DNA of 46,599 nucleotides from Perkinsus olseni (GCA_013115125.1 JABANN010000258.1:1-46599), one strand, 5' to 3'; positions 13,803 to 25,660 are shown, counted from the stretch's first letter. Notes: generated by a model from the sequence alone, not told the origin. Numbers and translations: made by a program.

Positions 13803-14853
13803 GCTATACACTTTGGTGGATTATTTCTACTGCTTCTTCTGTTGGTGCCTTCGAGCTAAGGCATTCGCATATTGTGCGTTTCTCTTCTATTCAATCAAAT
13901 CCTTGTGTGTATCTCATCAATGGAGGGGACGGTGTGGCGTGAGAGGCTTGTTTTCGGGTTAACTACGTTACTGTTCTTAGGCAAGAGGCGACGACAGTCT
14001 TACACAACTTGTGTAACACAAGCTAGTCTGCGCTTTCGGTTCCTCTTGACAGGGCATCAAGCGTTCATCATCAGACTATCGAATAGTTTTGACTCATTTT
14101 TCGGATCTTGTTGATGTGGTTGCTGTCTATTGTATGTTCTCCGCAGGAACTCGTGAAGCTCTTCAACCGCCGAGGTACCAGGGTGTGGGAGATCCAGGTT
14201 GGATAAGCTTTCGCTATTTTCTGAGTGACGACAACTTCTGCTGCTGCTGCGGCGGCGGCGAAGGTCTCACGAGAAGCATTTTCTCCGTTCTCTCTTGTTG
14301 GGCGGCGGTGGCTGTTGTGGTGATTCCAGGTTTACTATGTCTCATCGATTTGAGCACGGGGATCACGCAGGAGTGGTAACACCCGAAGTAGTCTCTGCAA
14401 TCAGGGAATTCTCCGGCCGGTTTCCGCTGAAGCTACGAGCCTCTTCACTGTTGGACACCGGCAGGTCTCCTCGCCTTCCTCGACGTTGTCTCGGCTTCTC
14501 CGCGGGTATCGCCGAGAGCTCTGTCTACTCGCAGTCCCCTCCCTACAGTGCGGCGCCACAAGCCGTTGTCCTCAACGACAAGCTTGTCATCTCGCGTCAA
14601 TCGAGCTCCTATCGGATTTCTTCACGGTCTCGGGTCGAACCTTCTACAATGATCACCGATCCCTCCTCATCTGGCTCGACGTGTTGGGGGAGACTGTTTG
14701 TGTCATGATCCGGGCGGAATAAGCTTAGCTTGAAGATTCACTTGTCTGCAATTGGCTCTTGTATCAACATTCCCAATCGTTGACAAATGGATCGGACACT
14801 CGATTGTTGTCGTTTATTTCTTTTGTGCAGTTACTCGATAAGTTTTATTCTCA

Positions 14854-15444
14854 ATGTTTGTTCAACAGAGCGCCCCCGACTTCGACTTGGTTGCTTGCAT
14901 GCCCGATGATTCCTTCAAGCATGTAAAGCTCTCCGACTTCAAGGGCAAGTATGTCGTCCTCTTCTTCTGGCCCGGCGATTTCACTTTCGTCTGCGCCTCT
15001 GAGGTGATTGGCTTCCATGATAAGATGGCCGAGTTCGAAAAGCGCGGTGCCGTCGTTCTTGGATGCTCCACCGATTCAGCCGATGTCCACAAGGCCTGGA
15101 AACACACTGAGAAGAAGAATGGTGGTATTGGAACTCAGCTTTGCTACCCCATGCTCTCTGATCACACTCAAAAGGTGTCTCGTGAGTATGATGTCCTCCT
15201 CGAGAACGATGGTGTTGCTCTCCGTGGCGTCTTCATCATCGGCAAGGACGGCACCGTCCGCTCTGAGATGAGGAATGATCTTCCTCTCGGTCGTAACGTC
15301 GATGAGGTTCTCCGACTTCTTGATAGCGTCATCGAGACCGATGAGCACGGTGTTGTCTGCCCCATGAACTGGCATAAGGGCAAGGATACTATGGTCCCTA
15401 CCACCGAGGGTGTTGCTGATTATCTACTCAAGCATACCAACTAA
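14854..15444 (+). CDS. Typical 2-Cys peroxiredoxin, intronless copy 2
   Basis: Protein identical to 13212-13802. Confidence 0.97.
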   Translation: MFVQQSAPDFDLVACMPDDSFKHVKLSDFKGKYVVLFFWPGDFTFVCASEVIGFHDKMAEFEKRGAVVLGCSTDSADVHKAWKHTEKKNGGIGTQLCYPMLSDHTQKVSREYDVLLENDGVALRGVFIIGKDGTVRSEMRNDLPLGRNVDEVLRLLDSVIETDEHGVVCPMNWHKGKDTMVPTTEGVADYLLKHTN

Positions 15445-15615
15445 GCTATACACTTTGGTGGATTATTTCTACTGCTTCTTCTGTTGGTGCCTTCGAGCTA
15501 AGGCATTCGCATATTGTGCGTTTCTCTTCTATTCAATCAAATCCTTGTGTGTATCTCATCAATGGAGGGGACGGTGTGGCGTGTGAGGGATTATTTTTCC
15601 GGCTCCAAACTCCCT

Positions 15616-16338
15616 ATGCTCATCCAGAAGCAAGCTCCGGGCTTCGACATGCTGGCTTGCATGCCCGATGACTCTTTTCAGAATGTTAAGCTCTCAGACT
15701 ACAAGGTATCCCGATTTCTGGGTTGTGATGAAACATATTTTCTTCTTCAGGGCAAATACGTAGTCTTGTACTTTTACCCGGCGGACTTCACGTTCGTTTG
15801 TGCTTCGGAGACCATCGGGTTTCACAATGCTATGACGGAGTTCTCGAGCCGCAACTGCGTTGTAGGTGTAGACGAGCTACCAACCTGTCAGTTTCCTCGC
15901 CGTAGGTTTTGGGGGCGTCGTGTGATACTCAGCACGTCCACAAGGCGTGGAAGAACACCGACAAAAAGCTCGGTGGACTAGGAACTAAGATTAATCACCC
16001 TATCATAGCTGACCACAACAAAGTGGGTTACCGCTGACTGGTTGAAGACACGTGTCTCCACTTGCCAGGATCTCGCCCGCGCCTACGACGTCTTGCTCGA
16101 GGCTGAGGGCCTGGCGGTTCGTGGCGTGTTCATCATCGGCAAGGACGGCGTGGTCCGCTGTGAGATGAAGAACGATCTTCCGCTCGGCCGCAATGTTGAG
16201 GAAGTTATTCGCGTGCTTGATACCGTCATTGAGACTGATGAGCACGGCGTTGTGTGTCCTGCTAATTGGAAGAAGGGCAAAGCTACCATGGTGCCCAGTA
16301 CCGAGGGCGTCGCGGATTATCTAGTGAAGCACACTTGA
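15616..16338 (+). CDS. 2-Cys peroxiredoxin, diverged paralog with three introns; exons 15616-15705, 15751-15861, 15906-16022, 16069-16338
   Basis: Spliced product MLIQKQAPGF...YPADFTFVCASE...GGLG...GRNVEEVIR...VCPANW; GT-AG introns of 45, 44 and 46 nt restore the frame. Confidence 0.93.
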
Positions 16339-16589
16339 TGCTAGGTTAGCCTATCTGCTTTTTCGATTCTCGTGGTCAACCTACGGGTAGCTCTCATGGC
16401 AGAAGGACTGTGTTGCGTTTTACCCCCTGGGGCAGTTGTCTCACCCGCAGCACGGAATTGTTACTCACCACTGTTGCTACGACATGTTCGCGACGCTTCT
16501 CTCCGCCGCGTATCGCGGGTATGAGAGCCGCCAAGCTCAGGCGAATGATAACATCGCACACGGTTATAACGCGAGGGCAGATGCTTCGA

Positions 16590-17115
16590 GCCAGCTTGGA
16601 CCGAAGAAAGTTGTACGCCGGACACAGTATGCGACGCACGTAATGACTCCGGCTCGAACTGCATTTTCAAACACACGTGTATTCTGGTACAGTTCATTGC
16701 CTTCGCGTGCCAAACCTCGACTCGAACACGAGACACCACAGGGTTGGTCTATCATCTTGACTCAGCGGTTCGATGAAGCAGATATACAGCAGTATCCATA
16801 TACAACCGCCGACCAAGCACGACAGGGCACTATGCCGATATACATCAATGAATCGGACGCTGAACCTGCCCCGTACAAAGAAAGAGAAAGAAAGAAGAAA
16901 AAAAATCGGTGTGTTGGGCACACTCGCCACAGTAACTTGTCTGAGCGTCACAGTATGCGTGGAACTAATGGTCAGAGCGCGCACAAGAGTCCTGCAATGC
17001 GCTGACATCTGCTGCTAGCTGAGACCGGCCGAGTTGTGTGCCAAACACAAAATAGGGGACGAGCAAGGTGAGGTAACGACTCCGGCTCGAACTGTACCTC
17101 CAAGCACATGTGCTT
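16590..17115. repeat. Diverged direct repeat pair, 433-bp offset
   Basis: GTAA(T/C)GACTCCGGCTCGAACTG at 16640-16661 and 17073-17094, with weaker flanking similarity (CAAACACACGTG vs CAAGCACATGTG). Confidence 0.7.
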
Positions 17116-18231
17116 TCCAAGTCAAGTTGTATTTGGTTGAGACGCGAGGTTGAATGTCTTGGCCGCCTTACACACCCCATCAATTCACACCAAGCATTTT
17201 GGATTTCTGGACGAGCTTGTGGACAAGTCGACTGGGTGAATTACTCAGGGGATTGCTGGGCGCTGTGTTGAGTTATTCAGTCAGTCCAAATCGAGAGGAT
17301 GGAACACACCGGACCGTCTCATTCCCACTCGACGAAATTCACTCTTTGCCCTCCCACCGAAACACTGCCTCCGTCATCACGGCGCCACACGTGGCTGAGT
17401 TTCATCGTGCACTTCTGCGAACTCAAAAACGTGAGCCAGCAAACATCTAGAATGAATGAGGTCATGAAGACGCAGGCACTTGATGAGTTGTCGTTAAAGA
17501 GTTTATAGTGCGATATGATGCACCGGGTGGCCCAAATGGCCAGCTAGTTGATGACCTTCAGTGCATGGCGTATCTGAACAGCAGTCCAAGGCTCACAATC
17601 GGCGATGAGGGAGCATAAGAGACGTCCGATCGACATGAAGCGCTATCATCTGATTGTTCGGTCTGCCCAACCTGAGCCGAGATCCACAACCACTCACCCA
17701 GCGGGCGGCATGCCGAAGAGGTTGGTGGTCGCGAAAGGGTTCGGGGCAACATTTATGTTCATCGGCTGAATGAGTGGTGAGTTATTGAGGCCCTGTGGAG
17801 GGACCTGCTGTTGCCTTGCCAGAGGTGAAAACCGGGGGAAGGCTGATGACACCTAGAAGCACGAACTCATATGAAGGTCTAGAAGAGAAACCAAAATCTC
17901 ACCGGCTGAGGAATTTCACCACCGTCATGGTTAGGTAGTTTCACGAGTCTGAAAAACCACTACTAGGCACTCGCTTGATGGGCCAGGCTCACCCTGCTCT
18001 GATCACTTCCGGGTCTACGTGGATGGCTGAAGTGCTGTAGGAAGCGAGCTGGTGTTGGCGCTGTGGTATCCCTTGGGCGACTGAGTGGCTGATTAGCGTG
18101 CCGTGGTGGCGCATTTCCTCACCCTCAGCATTATGAATTTGCTGCATCACACGTTCGTCATTGGCATCGATCATCGTCCGGAAGCCAGGGGGCTAAGAAG
18201 CGGCGCTGTGTCAGTCAGGATACGGATAAGG

Positions 18232-20029
18232 CTAAGGTTTACCAGACCACTGCCGTCTTGGTTGCGGGCCCGATTGCCGTGGTGGTGAGGGTGATGGGGT
18301 TGTCCTGGAACAAAAAGACGATAATCTCTCAATGCTCAACTTCAGCCACTCATTGCGAAATACTACAGCACCCTCCCCAAAACAAAGTGGTCTAAGCGGG
18401 CTTACCATGATGGCCCCTATGCTGGGGCGGCTGTTCGGACGTCGGCGGTGTGTACCTTGGGCCCCTGCCGGCACCTACGAAAAGAGAGGCTCATTTCACC
18501 GGAGCACCACGTTGATGGGAGGAATTACCTGGGCTCGGGTTCCCGAAGGAAGCATATTGCTGTTCAGCCATTGGAGATGATACGTACGGGCTTTGGTACA
18601 AGTAGTAGTTGCCGCTGCCGATCGACATGCTAGTAGTGGCGTCAACAAGCGTCTTGTGGCTACTCCGAGCCGCGTCGATTAGGTCGGGGATGTTGGGCGG
18701 AAATGGCCCATTTTGAGAGAACTGCCTTATCATGCCCACCGAGCTATCGGCGGTTAGACCGGCGGATGACAAGTTGAAGAAGTTGTAGCTGCCGATACTA
18801 GCAGCACTCGCACTCTTCACGAGGCCGCTCGCCGAGGCGTGGTTGAAGCTGAGAGCTGGATGAGGACATGGTGCACCACAAGGCATAGTAGTATTGGACA
18901 ACCTGAAGGGCAATGCGCCATCAACACCGCCCCGAGCAAGCTCTTCAGGTTTCATGAGATGACTCATGACGAGCTTACTGTTGTTCTTGCTGGACTGCTC
19001 TTCCCTCCAGTTGATGCCATCTTGGTATCTCGAACGATTGAGTCACCTTCTTCATTTTCTTCCAGCCTTTCTTCGGAGACGAGTAGCGATGAGGAAACTT
19101 CTCATTCCACGGCGAGTAACTCTTGAACCAATCACTGGGGTCATCATACCTAGCGTTATTGCACAGAGGTCATAATTCTCACTCAAAGACTGATCGATAC
19201 TACTCATAGAAGCTCACTTGGCAGGCCGTGGCAAAGCGCTCGTCGAACGGAGAGAAGGCTTGGAAATGACGGGGCTTCTGAAGAGAAGGGGACGATCCTC
19301 TTAGAACGTCACGAGTTGTAGTGCGATGATGGTGGATACCGTCGCAGTGAAACTCTTTGAGCAGGATTCCGATTTGAGTTGTACATCTGGTACGACATTC
19401 GGGGGTAAAAGTCCGGCAACCCGGAATCGAACCAGGGACCAACCGATGACTATTTCACTATTTCCCGCTCAACCGCCTGAGCTATTGCCGGTCTGCAAAT
19501 ACACTGCTACTTCTCTTTTCGCCAGATCCAACTACAACTTACCCTCGAATTCGCTCTCACTCCCCTCAGCCTACCACCCTTGCGGAAGGTTTTGGCCACC
19601 CAATCGTCACTCCACGGCGACACAGGATAATAACTGCAGGGAAAGATGAATCTGCTCCGTGCGTCACCCAGCGAGAGCCCAACCCCACCTTCCCCACTGC
19701 CCTTCATAAGTCTTCAGATATCTCCGCCGTCGCACGCCCGAAAACTTGGACTTGCCTGCAAAAAAAGCGCAAAACTTATACCTGCTGGTTTCCGTGTGAA
19801 CCCGGACCAACCTTTCCGTCCTTTGCGGCTCTTCTTGCTACCGACCTGAAACCGCTCATAGATCAGCGCACCCTGATCTCGCAAGACCCCACCCTCCGGT
19901 TGCTGGCCTCCTCTGTTTCTCCGACCCAGGGTCTGTAGGCTGCATGACTCTGAAAGGAGGGGTCCCACGGACTGTAAGTTGATACCCTTTTCGAATCCTC
20001 ATGCCCCATGTAACTGGCACAATGCGTCG
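18232..20029 (-). CDS. Hypothetical multi-exon protein hosting an intronic tRNA-Tyr-like element (ends approximate)
   Basis: Successive open minus-strand exons bounded by GT-AG; intron 19542-19387 joins GVRANSR to MYNSNRNPAQRV in frame. Confidence 0.45.
19412..19491 (-). pseudogene. tRNA-Tyr-like gene or pseudogene with a disrupted anticodon arm
   Basis: CCGGCAA/TTGCCGG acceptor stem with C1-G72 and A73 (eukaryotic Tyr identity), GCTC/GAGC D-stem, CCTGG-TTCGATT-CCGGG T-arm and downstream TTTT. The 5' anticodon strand and the CTG of CTGTAG are missing. Confidence 0.85.
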
Positions 20030-20058
20030 GTCAGCGATGAACGCGGGAGAGAAGAGCC

Positions 20059-20866
20059 TTACGATGGGAACTGGGTGTCAAATGGATCGAAGGCCTGGAA
20101 GGACTCTCTTATCGATTGCCCGATTCTTGACTGATTGTTTATCTGATTTCCACCATGGCCGCCTTCACCGGCCACTACCTAGGTGACTTCTACCTGCTTT
20201 CGGACCGCCTTGTCCCTTCTCTGTTGCTCCTGTTGTCTTTGCCTTCTCAACTTCCTGTTCGTTTCCCCGGCTTCCTCAAGGTGTTCCAGGTCGCTCTGTT
20301 CACCCATAAAGTGCTTCTTTGGCACCGAACTCAGCTTAGAGGAAGCCTCCTCGAAACTCAATCCGTGTGCGGACCCGATAGACGCTTGTGAAGCGCTCGC
20401 TACCAACCCCGTCTCCGCCGTCTCCCACTCATCCTTCTTCTTATAATCATTCGAACGGTGATGGTGGTGGGCCTTTCCATGATGATGGGGGTCATGTGGA
20501 TGGTAGGCATGGCCGTGATTATGATGATGCTTTCGTTGAACTTGTCGTCTATGTTCATGCTTCTCATGCTGCACATCGGCTGCCGTGATGGTCGACTCCG
20601 GAGCATTCGTAGCCTCGGGTAGACCCTTGCTCTTATGACCTAAACCAACCAACTCTTCCGGCGGCTAGAGGAGTCAGAAAATCACGTTGATCACCTTTCT
20701 TATGCCTCTTCTTGTGGCCTTTCGGTCCCAGGCTAGGATCTCTACTATTTGGGCTGTCGATAAACTTATCATGAGGAGCGTGCATGACTGGCCTGTACTG
20801 ATGGTCCATGAGATGGTCCTGACCCCCGTTATGAAAGTCTCCTGCCTTCCCTCCCTTGCCAGGCAT
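20059..20866 (-). CDS. Hypothetical His/Lys-rich hydrophilic protein
   Basis: MPGKGGKAGDFH... spliced to ...KHHHNHGHAYHPHDPHHHGKAHHHHR... Confidence 0.55.
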
Positions 20867-20969
20867 AATAAAGCAGGAAAATCCTCCACCGCCGCACTTG
20901 GAATTGAGCAACACCGCACTAAGATGTGCGTACTTGAAATTGAGCTTGCATTTCCCCCAACTTTTCATG

Positions 20970-22752
20970 TCACGCTCGCTGCTTCTGCTGCTGCTGCTGT
21001 AGCACTTCGAACTCTTGCACTATTCGGTCCAGTTCCGGGGGGGACTCAGCTACCTTCTCCTGGGGCGCAGGGGCACTACGCTTTGGGACACTAATGAGGC
21101 TGCCCATCTCTGCCCTGAGCTGGGCGTCCATGTCCTTGTTGGCCTCGCGAAGTTGCCTCTCAGCCTCCAAAGCTTCCCTCAACTCCTCGGAGTAGTCATC
21201 AAGGGAGAGGCACTCAAGAACTTCCTGAGAGGCAGGCATGCCCTCATACCACACCATCCCCAAACTCACCGCTTCTCCCGTTACGATGTTGGGACGGGCG
21301 AGCAGCCTGAGGACCTCCTGGTAGGAATCCCAAGTAACTTGGGCTATCCTCTCGGTAAAATCTGACGGAACTCTTGAGCCCACCATCATCCTTACTTCCA
21401 CTACTACCCGTACACTCCCTCATATGCTTCTGCGAGTGGCCAAATTGGGCTCTCAAGGCCTCCAGCTTGTGGTCAAATACTCTCCGTCTGGTGGCATCCA
21501 AATCAAGCTGGTCAATGCTCTTCCGCAGCTCCACCAGAGGAGGGATCTCATCAACCTCACAAGCACCATCCCGGGAGGCGAACCAAGGCGTGGGCCAAAA
21601 CTTACATTCGGGGATCGCTTCGCTCCGCTGCCAGTGCTTGAATTAACACTACTTCCCCTCGAGTCCTCATCCACCATCGCCCTCAGCATAGCCGTCAATC
21701 CTCCCTCCCCGGCGACGTCCGCCATCCTATTTTCGTGAGGCCCCGGCGGAGGAGTCAGCGGCCCAGCTGCTGCTGAAGACAGCGCTGTCCCGAACGGAGG
21801 AGCAGGAGGCAGGGGCCGAAAGGCAGCTTCCGTAGTCGACATCATCGCTTGCATGGTGATTACCCAAGCTACCCTCTCCCTAGCTACATTAACAACCCAA
21901 CAGTGATAACAATAGTCAGACCCCACCACGGACATCCCCAGTCGATCACGACTAACCATGGCATCCCTTCTCGCGGTGTCCAAGACAATCGTTCAAGTTC
22001 CAGGCAGGCGGCCAGGAGTGGCCTGCAGCAGCAAGTCCTCTCAGCGACTCCTGCTGGCCTGCCTACCTTCACCAGCAGCTCAATGGCCCTCCTCTGACTC
22101 TCGCCAAGATCCGCCACCCTCTCCCTCAGGGCCCTCTTATGATCTTCCAGCTTCTCCTCCAGCTCAGCCGTCCGCCGTTCGAACTGCCAGCACCACCATC
22201 GGTTCGTCCCGTCGTTCCCCCGTACTACATCTTCCTGCATGCTCCTCATCCTGGCGGTTCTCTCCTCAACACACCACTCATTAAGTTCATCTCGCATCCT
22301 CTCCTGCTCCGCTCTCATCTCCTCTCCAAGTGTTTCCATCCGTGTCCTGAACAACTGTACTGACCCCCTCCTCCACCCCACACCAGAATTACACCCGCAT
22401 GGCGATGAGACTATCCTCAACTTCCGCCTGCCGTTGCCGCCTCTCCTTGTCCACTGCCTCCAGCCTAGCAGCCCTCACCCTCTCAACTTCTTCTACAGCG
22501 AGACAGACCGACGCTACCTAAACTACCACGCCGTCCAACCCAGAGCTAGCCCGAACCTAGTACATCGTAGAGACTCCTAATGGCCCTCCATTCTTCAACA
22601 GCCATCCTCGTCCACTCTCTCATAAGATCCTCGTCACGATCCTCTCCAATAAGGCAGCACTGGGCACCTGCATCGCTCCGCTCGCCAATCGCTCCATTCG
22701 GGCCAGCACCACTCTGTTGATGTGCTACAGGAGCCGATTGAGAACAACCCAT
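20970..22752 (-). CDS. Multi-exon coiled-coil protein with an MGC N-terminal acylation motif
   Basis: Begins MGCSQSAP; E/R/L-rich exons (METLGEEMRAEQERMRDEL, EELREALEAERQLRE). Confidence 0.6.
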
Positions 22753-22859
22753 GAAAAATGGAGACTGCCTCCAGGATTTAGCGCTGTTACTTTAGCGCTC
22801 GCCCCGGTGATCGATACCGATTCCAACGCAAGACGACTAACGCTCACACTATATAGAAA

Positions 22860-23542
22860 TCAGTCACGATCACCCAGGTTGATAGTATCGCCAAACTTAG
22901 CGTAAAGAACTTTCTTCAACTCACGCATCTCCTCCCTGAAAACATCATCGCCTCTGCCTCGGGCGTGAAGGACCACCCATGTACTACTGTATGGCATCAC
23001 TCTTCTGCGTCAGTCGGTCCATCTCCGCACTCAGTTCATCCTGATGACAACCACCCTAGCTGCTCCTCCCTCCGCCGCCCTCCACTCACCTTCTTGTTCT
23101 CAACATTCTCCAAGGCTTGGTCCTCGTCAACAGGGACAAAACATTCCCCAACGCTCAACCTACACCAAGACCTCTACACCCGATGTGACAGGTGGTGTTG
23201 CCTACATTAGACCATCATCATCCATGCACAGCTCTACCTCCTCTACCGCACTATCGCAAAGCTTCAGCTTCTCCTGAGGTACACTATCTTTTTTCATTCA
23301 CGGGAAGAAAATGATCTACGCTTTCCCTACGGCGGCAAAAGGAAACCCGTCCATGATTTTCTACCCGCAATATGATCTTCTGGTGTAACCAATACTACCT
23401 TCAACTGCAGCATCTCCTCCTCCATCTCCTCATACGTCTGGTTGAGTCTGCTGAACCTATTAATGCGGAGCTGATCGTCCATGGTGACATCTATGTCGCC
23501 AGTAGCAGCAGCAGAAGCAGAAGCAGCAGTAGCCGTTGACAT
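22860..23542 (-). CDS. PFDN4: Prefoldin subunit 4
   Basis: DVTMDDQLRINRFSRLN, VGECFV and MRELKKVLYAKFGDTINL match the family's N-terminal, central and C-terminal motifs. Confidence 0.9.
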
Positions 23543-23784
23543 TATCAAGAGAGCAGCTGAAGGGGTTCCCATAACTCCTCTCGCACGCAACAGGCAACCA
23601 AGAGTCACGCAAAATCGTCATAAGACATGTAACGCTTCAAACGTGGTATACCAACATCAACACCAACCTCAGCCAAACCTTCAATTATCCAATTAACTCG
23701 ATCTAAGCTGCTACTCTTGAGCGCTGAAGGCGGCTGTGCCACCTGAACCGAGACGCTCCTAGGAGGGAGAGGTAACGCGGCAGC

Positions 23785-25573
23785 TCACTTGCACAGACTT
23801 CCTCGATCCTTCATGCTCCTCCCCACTGGTCCTTTCGTTCCATCCACTTTCGTCTCTATCAACCTTTGGCATCTCGAGAAGCGGATCCCTAGAGTCCGGT
23901 CTGATCTGAACCACACATTAATGCACCACTGCCGAGACCCGCACTGATCACTTGTGGACCACCGGCGGCTGCCAATCGACCCGCGGGCCTCTTCCCACGC
24001 GGAACTGCAGTGAAGGGATGGACAGGCCCGGAGAAGCCCTGAGGAAAAGTTCAAGAGGAAGGGTCTCGTTCGACCACACCGCAGGCTGGGGGGCGGGATA
24101 ACGCCGCCATCGTTCACAAAATAGCATGGAAGGCCCATGAGCAGTGAGCTGTCTGTTGGCGCGATTAACAACCTGTAGTACTTCTTCGTTATAAAGACCT
24201 AGACGCAATGCTAGCAGCTCCCGCGTCGTCTTCGTAGGGACTGCAAAGCCATCCCTACTCATGACCTCGGATACCTGAGGGGCGGCACGTACTCCATCAT
24301 GAGGCGTGGTGAGCAGCTACTTTCGTCGTCCGTGCGTCGGTCTTCTCACGGAGGAATGCTAAAACTTCTTCAATAGAGATCTCGCCCGAACTGTCTGCAT
24401 CAATGTACTGAGAATAATGAGGCCTCTTATCGAACCCGGCTACACCCGCCCCCCCCACAGCCTATGTACTACACTGAACGTCTGACGGAGCTCCTCAGCG
24501 TTGATGTCCCAATGGTTGAGCTGGAGGTCCCGGCGGATCGCATGGGTGAACTCGAACATCGAGAGCTCGCCGCCTCCGTCCTTATCATACCTATTCAACT
24601 GTAATCCCGTGCTCGAGCAAAGGGAGATTCTGTTGGCCAGAAGATGGCGCTTGCGGGTATCGAACCCACGACCTTCTGATCACTACTTCTCGAATAGTTC
24701 CCTAAGCAACTGTTCCTCCGTGAGCTCTTCCTCCCTATGACCGGTGTCCAATCCCTGCTGTCGTATCTTCCGGAGGTGCTGCTGGATACCAAGCTTCACG
24801 TTCCTCCGAACCCTAGTCCAGCAAGCGTTGTACGCCTCTCGGCGGGCCCGTCTACTACCTCATCAACTTCGACGCCTTCTTGTTCTCATCAATCGCCTTA
24901 GAATCGGAGTCGCCTTTACCGATGAACCCCACCAGCTCCTCTACTAGTACCTACCGCTGCCGTTGAACTACTGCAGAGAGCCCTGCAGTCCTACAGCTTC
25001 TGGTGCGCGGTTCGATCGGCCAGTGGAATCTAGTCTCGGCCCTGGTCGCTCGTAATGGGAGGAATCCAGCAGTGCACGGAAGACAAGTTTCAAGTCGTCG
25101 TCATTGACGGTGCGAGATGACACAAAAAGGTCCTCCCGAAGGATCTGAGAACAGTGGGATTCGAACATGGATTGACAGGTTCGGAATGTTGAGCTCTCAG
25201 TCGTTCCCTGCTCGACTACTGGCCTCTCTACCTGCTGGAAGTCGTTAAACGTGAGTATCCTGTAGCTCTTAGCTTCGCCTCCTCCGTCCAATGTTGGGAA
25301 CTCCTGCACAAGCTTCGACCTGAGCCAGCACCAATTCTCAGCTCTCCCTCGCTTCAACGACCTCGTACCTGCGTTCCGCTTGCTTCACCAAGACGCTCTC
25401 CTCGAGAGGGCTTTTACCTAAGAGAAGGCGAAGCCCATTTCGGAAGGTAAACCGGGCATCCGTTCTCTACGGCGCTGCTTATCGTCTCTTCGGGCGACTA
25501 CCGCCTTTATCTTCCCGCGGATCCGGAATACTCGACGGAGCTCTTCTTCAGATAGTGGAATCTTCTTCGGCAT
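23785..25573 (-). CDS. Multi-exon EF-hand protein (3' end approximate)
   Basis: Spliced LRELFEK/YDKDGGGELSMFEF and YIDADSSGEISIEEVLAFL form an EF-hand pair; ATG at 25573 (MPKKIPLSEEELRR). Confidence 0.7.
24645..24681 (-). pseudogene. tRNA 3'-half fragment at the 5' end of intron 24686-24591
   Basis: GA-TCAGA-AGGTC-GTGGG-TTCGATA-CCCGC-AAGCGCC-A: 3' anticodon strand, variable loop, paired T-arm and 3' acceptor strand; no 5' half. Confidence 0.8.
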
Positions 25574-25611
25574 AGAGTAACCGCCGCATCGCCGCCATGC
25601 AGAAAAATTAC

Positions 25612-25660
25612 AAAAAAATGTACCTCGTGGGATTTGAACCTCCGACCTTCCGAGTGACAG
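25612..25660 (-). pseudogene. tRNA 3'-half fragment with a T7 Pol III-type terminator
   Basis: CTGTCAC-TCGGA-AGGTC-GGAGG-TTCAAAT-CCCAC-GAGGTAC-A-TTTTTTT; T-stem partly mismatched. Confidence 0.7.

Larger units (their letters stand above)
13186..15583 (+). repeat. Near-identical 756-bp direct duplication (13186-13941 and 14828-15583)
   Basis: Constant 1642-bp offset; the only difference noticed is a synonymous CTG/CTC codon. Confidence 0.95.

Noticed and set aside
19016-19025. GCCATCTTGG as a relic of the Perkinsus/dinoflagellate spliced leader
   Set aside because: Only 10 nt, antisense within a probable coding exon and not upstream of an ATG
24421-24450. Minus-strand CCGGGTTCGATA as another intronic T-arm
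   Set aside because: The 3' side (AGAGG) does not pair with the 5' stem
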